Below are positions 52,301 to 64,000 of a stretch of 64,000 nt of DNA, piece by piece. The notes below the pieces were generated by a model. The model worked only from the letters and a program-made list of their open reading frames with translations, was not told the DNA's origin and ran no database searches. The DNA comes from Nitrospirales bacterium (GTDB lineage: Bacteria; Nitrospirota; Nitrospiria; Nitrospirales; UBA8639), in NCBI GenBank assembly GCA_965203295.1, contig CBDBCZ010000018.1, forward strand, positions 1,344,001 through 1,408,000, in the 5' to 3' direction. Both the position numbers and the translations under genes were made by a program. The stretch's first letter is position 1; every line of letters begins with the position of its first letter.

Positions 52301-55300
52301 CAGTATAATATAGACCGGCACAGAAGCCTATAGCTATAAGTTTATGACATTGTTACAATGTTTTGGGTTCTGACATCATCATGGCTAGAAGTCAATGCAC
52401 CTTCCAGGAAGAAGTGCACTAGGAGTGGTCTGGAATGTATTTTGTGTGTTTAGAATGGCCTGCTTGTGTGTTTCAAGGACTGAGTCAACAGTGTAATTAA
52501 TTACTATTTTGCCCTAGAATTCCAATAGGGATGGCTGCAGTACTTCATCCTTTATATCATTTGACATAATGATTGCTGAGCTGCACACACACATGCATAG
52601 TCCTCCTTTTACAGGGTGCACTAACTCACTTTTTACTTTTTGGTGTCCCCTGCTCTAGTGGTGTGCTCAAACAGTCAAAATGGAATGCTATGATGATGCT
52701 TTGTGTGTTGTGTGAACCCACAGGGACCCAATTTATGATATACTAAGGAATACTGTACTATGCAGTGTATGTGTAGTACATACCACATGTGATCACTATT
52801 ACGTTTAACTTAGTATAATTGATACTTGAAAGAGTGGTTATACCAACATAAACTAATGTCAAAGCTATAAATTTCTCAACTGTTGCTAATATAACTGGAC
52901 CATTGTTTTCTGGCATTCCTCTCCAGCTCATAAATGTACTTTTGAATTGCTATAACCATAGTATTGTTAGTTTCAATTGTGTTTCAAATGAAGAAATCAC
53001 TGTCTTATCAATGCCTTTATTGCAGCTCTACATTGGTGTACCTGTATCAGTATAGAGGTAAAGCCATGTGTTTACTGTAGAAGTAGACACCACTATTTGT
53101 GTATTAGAAGAAGCCACACTCTTGCAACAATCAATAACAAAATGACGATTTGCATCATGTATTTTAAGTCAGGAAGAAAAGGTGGCCTCAACCCACTAGG
53201 AAATCCCCATACATATTTACATAACTTGGAGTGGTCTGGAAATGCATTAGCTTTTCAGAATACCATCTGTCGGCGAATTTATAATATTGTGACTTCAGAT
53301 TAGCTTCACTCACCCTCTTTAATAAGACGTAATGTAGTAATGTGCTTTACTGGCTTTGTTACTGCACAAGGCTTAGTGATCACTGCCCTTTAGTATCCCC
53401 AAACTCTCCTTCTTTTTCCCCGTGTTTTCTTTTGCTTGGTGAATGCTAGGGAATGAGAGTATTGGGATAATAAACCAGAAGAAAACAATACTTACAACTA
53501 TTCAAGGTATTGCTAGGCAACAATGAAAAAGTGATTGCTACATGGAATAAGTTATTTTTTTGGCCAAGAAAAGTGCTGCAGAACATCACATGACCGTCGT
53601 TGAAATGTTGTTTGATTTTTTGCAGTGCGTAAAACACTTTCAAGTAGCCTAGAATACCCTATTTGGAATTGTGTTCTAATAGAGTGTTAGCTATTTTTTA
53701 TGCTTAGACTCTTTGATTGCGTTATTTCAAATATGACTGAATGAAGAATACATGATCCTGACCAGTAGATGTTTGGAAAAACAATGGTAACGAAGCTAAC
53801 TTGTCAAGTTTACTTTACAATCAGCATTAACAGTAACACAAAGATATTGCATTCAATGAAAGTTTAGACTGCATTAGCTGTGCTTGTGATATTACTGTTC
53901 GCTCTTTCTAAACTGAATTCTTGATTGAATTTTAGACCATAACAGATACATAAAGGGTAGTTGAAAGCTCAGTCTAAACCACCAAGCTATTGTATTACAA
54001 GCTAATTGTATGGAGAGTGGTCACGAACACAGTAATAGCATATAATTAGTAAAAGTGGGGTAGAGGTGAGGTAATGACTGCTCTGAGAGCTTAGATGTTA
54101 TTTCTTGTTAAGAACAAGCACTGCTTCAAATACAAGTCATAGTAATATGAGCATTGACCCACCAATATTCACTTCAAATAGGAAAGGAATGATGAACCCA
54201 ATACATACTGCATACTTTAGTGCTTTGGGTTTACTCATTCAGTGGTTTGGTATTCTGCATACATGGTTACGTGTGTGAGTAAGGTCACGTGAGGAACCTT
54301 GATTGCATGGGAGCTTTACAATCTGTGGTAGGCTGTGTGGCTAGGAAACACTGTCAGCCATAACGTTGACAGGTACAGCATACTGCAATTTTTTTAAGAT
54401 TCCTTCTGAGATAGGCCAGAGGAAAAGGAAAGTACAACTTATATAATATACTTTACAAAACACTACACCCCAACTACAACCAACCCAAAGCTTCACAGGA
54501 ACACTACTTCCATCAAAAAGTACTTCGTTCCACATTCACAAGCACGCATAAACCAAGCAGAGTGATTCCTAACAGCACTTAGTGTCGTGCCCTGCCCCAC
54601 GTTAGGAAGGTGGGACTGGCTCCCCATATATTCAAAGTTGAGGCAGCATTGCGTCAGCGGTCCCAGATCTGGACCGGCAATGTGATTGGTTGATTATAGT
54701 ATTTCATCACTAAATGGTGGCAGTATCCGGATATCGATACTAGTGGCCACTTGGACACTATCTGTTTGGTGATGTAAATGCTAACTTTGAATATACGGGG
54801 AGACAGACCCACCTTTCTAACGTGGGGCTGGGCACGAGACTACACAGCACCACACTGCCACCAACACACAACAAACACAATCCACATCAACCACCATATA
54901 CGTAACATGCTCAACGAAATTGACAACACTCAATCTACATTTTACCAAACACACCCCCATAGACCTCCCCTACAAAGGACCTGCACACACAAACATCTCA
55001 TAACTCTTTAACACTCAACCACGTATAACCAAACATTGTCCCTATACAAATACCATGATCATTATGACTCCACCCTCAATATAACTCACTAGTCCAACAT
55101 GTACACAAACAACACTTTCAGCTTCATGCCTTCCACAACCACCAACATACTCACACACACCAAATTACACTATGTCACTATTCGCATCTCACATATACAC
55201 GATTGTGGTTGGTGTGGTTGGAAAGATGTAGGGATGGTAGCTACGTGGTAAATACATTGCACTGTGATGTGTGGGTATAGTCTATGCATGCATTCCGGTG

Positions 55301-58300
55301 TGCACTGTCACTTGTTTCGTTGGTTTTGGGGGAAGTGTTTTTTGGTGGAAGGGCATCCCTACATGACTTGTTTTTGCACTTATTGGCAAAGTGTATATTG
55401 ATTCATAGAGCCAATCAGCTTCATGCAGAAGCCCATCAGCCTTGAACATTTGAGTCAATGATGCTGCAGTGTGCTTTCCATGTGTGTGAGCAAATCTGCA
55501 GATAAAGTTAACTTGGATATAGAAGAATTATTGCATTTTGCCGAGACTGGCTTCCAAGAAGAGGTAAAGGCTAAATTTTCTTGGGGACAGCATGCCACCA
55601 GATCAACTAGTAACTGTGTGCTACACACACACAGTTACGCATGAATTATGTAAAATATGGCGCAAATAGCTTCTCCACTATTATATATTTTCTTCCTATG
55701 CCATTGCATGGGTAAGAGTTGAAGGCAATCTCACTATTAGAATCCTCGTTACCTTACAGTTCCAGGAGTACGTGGCCTGGAAATACTTTTTATGATCCAT
55801 TGAACAACTCCATAATATTCCTCATGCATGCATTCTAAAGATTGGGTCTACTGGGCGTGGCTTGTTCTAGTCTTCCCATTGAGATTGCTATGATAAGGTA
55901 GAACTCTATTACTTTACCTGATATGACATAATCATCAGCTATACACCCACAAATATCTAGTCTTGTACCCGGGACCTTACATGATTCTAAGTGAGACAGC
56001 TTAGGTACAGATCAGTGTATCTCCTTACATTCACTAATGCAACTGTAGCAGTTTGCACCTAACAGCATGTAAGGAGTCAACTCATCATGTACTGTCTGTG
56101 GTTTACTGCTATTCTGCACAGTAAGCAATAAGGTCTCAAAACCTCTACAAAAACTTAGCCTAACTCTTTGTCATTTGAAGCACACATGGGTATCATTGAC
56201 CACTTCTTTCTGCTGTTTTAGAAGCTCAACTTGAATACCTACAAGCAGGTACCAGACAGCTATCATCTGTGAACATGTGGAAATTTTTGAAGGAAATTAA
56301 ATATTTTTGAAAGTTCATTTAAATGCTAGCCATTGCTTCCTGCTACAAGGCTGTAGCTACTAGCTTTGTGTGACCACTGCTCATGGCATTATGTTAAATT
56401 TTTGTCTTGTATTCACTATGAAACATTTATTATGTGTTCGGCTATGCTTTCAGAGTGTTGCTCCAATGTCCATGATAAGACCCATCATTCGAAGGACTAG
56501 TTGAGGCCACCAACCTAACGTAAACCCCTAATGTGAAGTCATGTCTTCTCCCCAGTTTACAACACACTGTAAACTTTGTATTAGGTAGTCCAATTCTATC
56601 TGTTTTACCCGAAGATCTGAAATCCCAAATTTTCTTGGAGGAGCTTGCCCCCAGACCTCCTAGTGGTCGCACTTCATGAGCTTAAAGTTAGGTGGGCATG
56701 ACCTTTCTTCATTCCCGAATTGAAAGTAGTAGGGCCCCCTCCAGAGGGGAGCAGACTAACCAGGACTGGGTGTGATATTGAATCCTCAACAAAAGGTGGA
56801 TGGTAAGTTTGGCAGCACAACTCTCTTGTTGCAAGTGGGGTGTGTCTAGATTCAGTATCACTCCATTGCAAATACAGCTAATTTATGTGCCTATTTTCTG
56901 TACATAGGTAACTCATAATTACATGTTCTGTCAATAGAAAATGGGCATTGCGCGTGTTATGTGAATAATTGTACCTATGCCAGGTTCTGTTCAAAAATTT
57001 TAGTTTGGGGAAGAAGATCTTTAAAGTGATGGTGGTTAGGGGGCTGCTGCCATAGGCCAGTTATTCTAGTGGGGTCTGAGAGCATGCCCCCACAGAGATT
57101 GTTTAATTAACCATCTAAGAGCGGTTCTAAAGCATCCTAGTAGCTGTGGTAATCCAGACAGTTTCTTAGTATGTACACTGTAAGCTATAGGTGCCAGCTG
57201 TTATTGTTATTGCAATGTAGTGCATCTAAGATGTATATGCTTCAGTTCAGACACTACTTTTCACTTCGTTTAATTGTTAAAAATACTGGGGTGAATGCTG
57301 GAGTGTTTGCTGGGAAATCCATTGTATTACTCACAGAATGCTGCTTGTGTTTTTTTCACAGTCTCATGGGCAACCGGATATCGGATGCCGGAGCAAGAGT
57401 TCTCAGCAAAGCACTGATGTTAAACCAAGCAAAGCTGTAGTAAGTTAGATACTTCTTAGCTCTAGAAATTTCAACTCACCCTGCAAATCCGATAAGGGAG
57501 GATATTACTGTAATGGCAAATTCAAACTGGTAACAGAGGTACTATAGCCACCAGAATTATTATTATTTGGAAGATTCCTGCAGTGTTCTTACTCTCTCCT
57601 GTCCTAGCTGGCTCACTGTGAGTGCTGACACTCTTGTCAGTGAGATAATACCTGCATATTTTTGTATTCATCTCGGTTACAAGATCATTGGGATTCAATT
57701 AGGTAGATGCTTTCAACCTAACAATGGTAGAATCTTTATGTGTGTCAATGCACAGCTATTAAAGAATGTAGAGATTCTCAAATTTAGAGCTGGCATAACA
57801 AAAAAAACTGTGTTCATTAAGTAGTAGGAAGGTGGGGCTGGTAGTGGGGGTGTGGCAATATTCAGCAAGTAGTAATACCACCACTGTAAAACAAAAAGCT
57901 CTTTTAGTTAGAGAATAGCATAAAACATTTAGTTACACCCAAAAACCGGAATGGATAGGTATTTTATATAAAAGCACGCTAGTTTTCTGTAGTAGGAAAA
58001 AAACAAAGATTTATCCTCTGTTTGTTTTGGTAGTCTCTTTGCTGGAAGCTACGTGTATAGCTTTGAACATCAGGTTTCAAAATATCATAGATCCCTTGGT
58101 TGGTGTCTACTTACTTTGCAGATACTAGAAGGGTCAGTACTCTCCTAGTTGATATTTGATATGGACTGATTTCTAGGCCACGTCAATGTCATTTAACTTG
58201 CCAGTACCATAGTGCAATATTACAATTAAAAATCTTTGACTCAGAATTGTATCTTTATTCAGTCTCATTTTGTGGGTGGAGCTACTGTTCATTACGTATC

Positions 58301-58516
58301 CTGTGGAATTGAATATGGTGCAGTCCTCTACCTACTAACTCAGTACTGACAGTTGTCAGAACATAAATAGAGTATATAGTGTCGTAACTTGCATAACGCT
58401 CACCAAAACACTTTTTTCTTCGCCTCTTTCTCAGCCTCTCGGGGAACTGGGACATCAGTGCTGATATGAAAGCATCTTTCCGCAAGAACTTCCCAGAAAG
58501 AGTATTTTTTGACTAA
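25112..58516 (+). CDS. NOD-like receptor (leader, 2A, Death, NACHT, LRR); 15 predicted exons, ~1186 aa
   Basis: join(25112-25344,25607-26007,27801-27860,29975-30016,30320-30610,31985-33770,35965-36048,36361-36444,41546-41629,42112-42195,44491-44574,44944-45027,51742-51825,57362-57439,58435-58516). All introns are GT-AG with compatible phases; total 3561 nt with a single terminal TAA. The Death-NACHT-LRR part is secure; attachment of exons 1-4 is inferred from phase and splice signals. Confidence 0.8.
25607..26007 (+). CDS. NLR exon 2: leader ending in a 2A/StopGo peptide
   Basis: Acceptor TTGTTTTTATAG, open frame through ...[21 protein letters not shown], donor A|GTGAGG (phase 1). Confidence 0.75.
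25953..25997 (+). other. 2A-like ribosomal skipping (StopGo) motif [15 protein letters not shown]
   Basis: Exact match to D-[V/I]-E-x-N-P-G-P with the usual upstream hydrophobic LLxxAG; predicted skip site between 25994 and 25995. Confidence 0.85.
27801..27860 (+). CDS. NLR exon 3: Gly/Ser-rich linker
   Basis: TTCAG|...|GTGAGT, 60 nt, phase 1-1, (S)[19 protein letters not shown]. Confidence 0.6.
28706..29001 (-). pseudogene. Antisense CARD-like (death-fold) exon relic inside NLR intron 3
   Basis: Acceptor TTCTTCTCTCAG, then [80 protein letters not shown], a helical CARD-like pattern. Both ends appear frameshifted. Confidence 0.55.
29975..30016 (+). CDS. NLR exon 4 (micro-exon)
   Basis: TCCACAG|...|GTAAGT, 42 nt, phase 1-1, (G)[13 protein letters not shown]. 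Confidence 0.65.
30320..30610 (+). CDS. NLR exon 5: Death domain
   Basis: [10 protein letters not shown]...RWRNMCLVL...TI...[11 protein letters not shown]...[10 protein letters not shown]...LAETI; TCCACAG|...|GTAAGT, phase 1-1. Confidence 0.9.
31985..33770 (+). CDS. NLR exon 6: NACHT NTPase, winged helix/HD2 and first LRR-like elements
   Basis: Walker [14 protein letters not shown], Walker [27 protein letters not shown] and [12 protein letters not shown]; donor GA|GTGAGT. The acceptor could alternatively be at 32084, which is in frame. Confidence 0.95.
35965..36048 (+). CDS. NLR LRR exon (type A)
   Basis: 84 nt, phase 2-2, [27 protein letters not shown]. Confidence 0.9.
36361..36444 (+). 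CDS. NLR LRR exon (type B)
   Basis: 84 nt, [27 protein letters not shown]. Confidence 0.9.
37156..37470 (+). mobile_element. piggyBac transposase C-terminal relic
   Basis: Degenerate [26 protein letters not shown] (compare YNxxMGGVD) and a Cys-rich tail CHYC...YCKDCELFL. Confidence 0.5.
40093..40678. repeat. 22-bp minisatellite, ~26 copies
   Basis: Unit GAACTATTGGAATGAGGAGTGA, head to tail. Confidence 0.95.
41546..41629 (+). CDS. NLR LRR exon (type A)
   Basis: 84 nt, [27 protein letters not shown]. Confidence 0.9.
42112..42195 (+). CDS. NLR LRR exon (type B)
   Basis: 84 nt, [27 protein letters not shown]. Confidence 0.9.
43700..43842. mobile_element. TTAA-flanked MITE family C
   Basis: TTAA|CTCTTCACCAACCA...TGGTTGGTAAAGGG|TTAA; a full copy lies at 58957-59099 and a partial copy near 18202-18304. 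Confidence 0.8.
44491..44574 (+). CDS. NLR LRR exon (type A)
   Basis: 84 nt, [27 protein letters not shown]. Confidence 0.9.
44944..45027 (+). CDS. NLR LRR exon (type B)
   Basis: 84 nt, [27 protein letters not shown]. Confidence 0.9.
47310..51598 (+). mobile_element. Gmr1-like Ty3/Gypsy LTR retrotransposon (SCAN-like gag, PR region, INT, RT), degenerate and 3'-truncated
   Basis: Putative LTR TGTAA...TTACA (47310-47474) and PBS TGGTGGCAGCGGTG. SCAN-like [19 protein letters not shown], zinc knuckle [10 protein letters not shown], integrase ([35 protein letters not shown]) located before RT ([30 protein letters not shown]). Confidence 0.85.
47477..47490 (+). promoter_or_regulatory. Primer binding site, complementary to the 3' end of tRNA-Leu
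   Basis: TGGTGGCAGCGGTG two nt after the LTR end TTACA; it is the reverse complement of ...CACCGCTGCCACCA. Confidence 0.65.
51742..51825 (+). CDS. NLR LRR exon (type A)
   Basis: 84 nt, [27 protein letters not shown]. Confidence 0.9.
54584..54842. mobile_element. MITE; a related inverted copy lies at ~4560-4779
   Basis: TIR TCGTGCCCTGCCCCACGTTAG / CTAACGTGGGGCTGGGCACGA; the internal CCCAGATCTGGACCGGCA is shared with the 4.6-4.8 kb copy. Confidence 0.65.
57362..57439 (+). CDS. NLR LRR exon (shortened)
   Basis: 78 nt, phase 2-2, [36 protein letters not shown]|...|GTAAGT. Confidence 0.85.
58435..58516 (+). CDS. NLR terminal coding exon
   Basis: Strong acceptor CTCTTTCTCAG; (Y)[26 protein letters not shown]. 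Confidence 0.8.
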
Positions 58517-58845
58517 CTACCAACACATACTACTATGCATCGTGTCAGTCGCACTATAGTACATGATTGTAATGCTTATGCAATATTGATTATGTACATT
58601 TTGTTTTATGGTATACCAATGTAATTTATTATAAGTACTGTGCATTAGGGAACCTTAATCACAAGTCAGAAGGTATCTGCATTTCACCCATGCCTCATTT
58701 TCCAGAGAGACTGGGACTAATTAAAACTGGTCCAGAGCATGTTCCACACAGCCACTATCATGACAAGCCGCATAAGAGCATTATTGTACGTATGCTCCCA
58801 TAGGACCGCGACCATTACACTACAACAATTATTATGGTAGTATAG

Positions 58846-59280
58846 TAGTCTATCGAGCTAGATCCTTCTCCACGCAACGCTTGAGGAGGGTCTAGCAGAG
58901 GTCATTATTATTCATAGTTCACAGCTATTGTAGCATCTTAGCATGCACTTTATTAACTCTTTACCAACCAATGACGCATATATGCGTCATGAACTCCCAT
59001 AAGCCCATATGAATTTATATGGAGGTTTTAATACTAGGCGTTAATACTTTGTACAGGCTTTTCTGCTTCTTTAAGCTGCTTCTTATGGTTGGTAAAGGGT
59101 TAATACCACAGGTTACACCACGTGCAGCCATAGTACACTAGCCATAACCCTTAATGCTGACATAATACTAGTACCTGAAATCAGCTACTAAATCGGACTG
59201 GCCAGCTTGTCATGAATACTAATAAGCTCTGCTAGACCCTCCTTAAACTTTGCGTGGAGGAGGGTCTAGCTTGATGACTA
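58846..59280. mobile_element. MITE with ~55-bp TIRs carrying a nested family C MITE (58957-59099)
   Basis: TAGTCTATCGAGCTAGATCCTTCTCCACGCAA...GAGGGTCTAGCAGAG pairs with CTCTGCTAGACCCTCC...TTGCGTGGAGGAGGGTCTAGCTTGATGACTA. Confidence 0.7.
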
Positions 59281-60132
59281 GGTAGCATACTATAGTGTAT
59301 GATATTAATCCAGTATTTGAAATACTTACAGAACAGGGAAGAAATGTAATTCATCATCTTTTTTCCCTGAGATAATAAATCAAGGGTAGGGCAATGATTC
59401 TGAAGCTCAGTTGGAACTACCTAAGGAAGGTATAGGCTAAAAGTCATAACCGAACAAGCATCCTTGGCGCTATACATATGTATACAGAAAGTGTCTGTAA
59501 GTGTGATAACCACTTAATAAGTCTGTAGTGAACTTGTAACTTTACTTATTTACACTTATTTTGTAACTGACCTTTTACATCGGTATGACTTAAATTGTTT
59601 ATTTGTACTTAGTTACTTATATCACTTATTAGGTATATCTTATTTCCTTATTTGGTTATGTGCTACCGCCAGCTGACTGTACCGCTTACTTCACTCTCAC
59701 CTCTATTCACTCTATTCACATACTGTTTACTTAGCTACCCCATGATCTGTAAGTGCCTGACTCTTACATCATTCCCTTCTAGAACATTCTAAGCCATGTA
59801 TATGAGGACTGCACATTGCACCTTTACGTAAATCAGTAAAATTTGATGATACTTTGTCAGTAATACAACTTCAACTACTACAACTCCTATTAGCTAACTG
59901 TCTGGAGATGTCTGATTGCATGATGGGTTGATATGTATTGCCAGTGTAATAGATGCAAGGGCTGTAAAATTGGAGAGCACAGCTGCTGTATCTGGAAATC
60001 TGCTTTAAACTGGGTCATCCATGTCAGCAATAAAATGTGGTATGCTGAGGTCAGAGACAGATACATGAGTTCTTGTGCCATTACCCCCATAGAAAAGAGT
60101 AAATTTAGTGCAGTTGGTAAATAGGTACAGGC

Positions 60133-62311
<2,179 letters not shown>

Positions 62312-64000
62312 CGTGTGTGCACGCGTACGTGCGTGTGTGCGCGCGCGTGCAAGTGTGTGCTGCTTTAGTCAGTGCTGCTACGAAGTTTGTTAATGCAGCT
62401 GCAAGGAGGGGATTGATTTTGCGAGGCCTTGACAAGAGGGAGGAGCCAGACTTTTCCTCACATTTTGCGACGGGGGTCGCGCGGAGGGTCTATAAACGAG
62501 GCTATGTACTTAGTCTGGAGTACCCCGCCCCTCGCGTTAAATAATAATCGTTAAACTGCGCGAGACTAGCTAGTAGTCTACTAAGGAATGGCTACTGATC
62601 CCTCCGAAGGCAGCCCAGGGGGCAGCTACCCGAGGCAATTCCAACTTCATGAAGTGAGTGACACGGAGAATAATCGGGAATGGATATTTACTAGGCCACT
62701 GCAAATTACACTACTTTTCCGATCCCCATAAATGCTATAAAAACAAGCGGGCGGGCTGTTGGTTTTCATTTAAGTGGGAGCAGAAAACTAGTCTGGAGGA
62801 GTAGCTACAAGGTGTTGAGAACAGCAGCCTACAAAATGAGGAATAATGAAAAAGTATGCTGTACCCTCAGAAGCGTGTGGGTGGAGGACGGGAAACTAAA
62901 GTGTCATTTGGAGTGGCCTTATGCCACTGTCAAGAAACTTCGTGGCCTCAAGTGTGTGGGCAAGAAGATCCACCAGGTGTTATTTGATGCTGCCACCGCC
63001 CTATATAGAGAGGGCAGCCAGTGCTGCAGAAGTTTATGGAAGAATCGCAAGTTGCTGAACCACCTGCACCACCTATGTGTGGTACAGTTCCTAGGGGGTC
63101 TACGATGTGGTTGGCAAAAGATGTACCTACTATTCCTGGTCCAGCAGTACACTGCAGAAACAAAAGCTTTAGCCCAGCTGCGGTTATCTCATGCAGTTGC
63201 AAGTTCACTACCAGAGAATGTGCATACAAGCAGATCAATTACATTATTTGCCCAGCATTATGTACTCCAATTTCAGACAGAAGTCACGTATTGCACGTTA
63301 AGGATAATAGTAAGGTTTGAAGTGCAGCAGTACTTGTATATACACTTGGGGGATTGTAGTGCAGCTGCACTTCTAGCATTCCTGAAATTTTAGCTACATA
63401 TACCTGCATGATTTTGCTTCGTTGTTCACTCTTTTGTTTGAATTTGGAGACCTAACTATATTGGTCAAGCGTAGTATTGAAGCTGCAACAAAGATAACCC
63501 TATAACTGGGTTTAAAAGTCCTTTTGGTTTTGGGTGTATGTCTGACAGGATCATTGTGTATGTACAAAATGTTGTGATAGACTAATTTTATTTGAGGTGT
63601 CCGTAATAATTATCAGATTGTGCCTCACTTCACTATGTGTCCACATACCAGTAATACTAGTCAAGCAAACAGGGAGTGAGGTGGGGTATAAATGAAAGGC
63701 CTAACAACACAGTTATTCTATTATTACGCAAGCAAATAAATTAATTTCAGTTTGGATTACACTAAATTAGATTCATTGAAAATTCCTGGAATAGAATTTC
63801 TTGCGCTAGATTAGATCATGCGTTGTAAAGGGTGGTTTAGTCGCTTTGAAAGAAGCCAGTTTTTTAAAGAGGTAGGCTCAAGGTTTCACCAGAATTTTGA
63901 TAGGCAGCAAGACCCAGAAGACTCAGAAGAGCCATTTAGTGAAGACTCAGAGTCATTTGTGGACTTCACTGAGTAACAGTTTTTTTAGCTAATAGTTCAT

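Noticed and set aside
52910..53010. Type-A-like acceptor (ATTCCTCTCCAG) as an additional LRR exon
   Set aside because: Phase-2 reading stops immediately (C TCA TAA) and there is no LRR pattern.

Overview
Eukaryotic, repeat-rich DNA with spliceosomal GT-AG introns. The gene families and MITE types look like those of a demosponge, which is an inference. The main feature is a 15-exon NOD-like receptor gene on the + strand (25112-58516) that I spliced by hand into one uninterrupted frame of 3561 nt (1186 aa). Its order is: signal-peptide/TM-like leader, a 2A/StopGo motif ([14 protein letters not shown]), Gly/Ser linker, Death domain, NACHT, then nine LRR exons, seven of them exactly 84 nt. The 2A motif predicts co-translational separation of a 207-aa membrane-type leader from a ~979-aa cytosolic NLR, and this is the most interesting signal in the window. 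The NLR introns hold an antisense CARD-like relic, a piggyBac relic, a 22-bp minisatellite and a SCAN-bearing Gmr1-type Gypsy element (integrase before RT). Upstream lie a degenerate, divergently oriented gene for a Tyr-motif-rich scaffold interrupted by a second Gypsy element with fold-back LTR hairpins, a multi-TM pseudogene fragment, nested tandem and inverted duplications, MITEs and (CA)n tracts. Downstream is an internally deleted APE-type LINE. No CRISPR, rRNA or prokaryotic features were found. Exon boundaries are manual predictions without transcript support.
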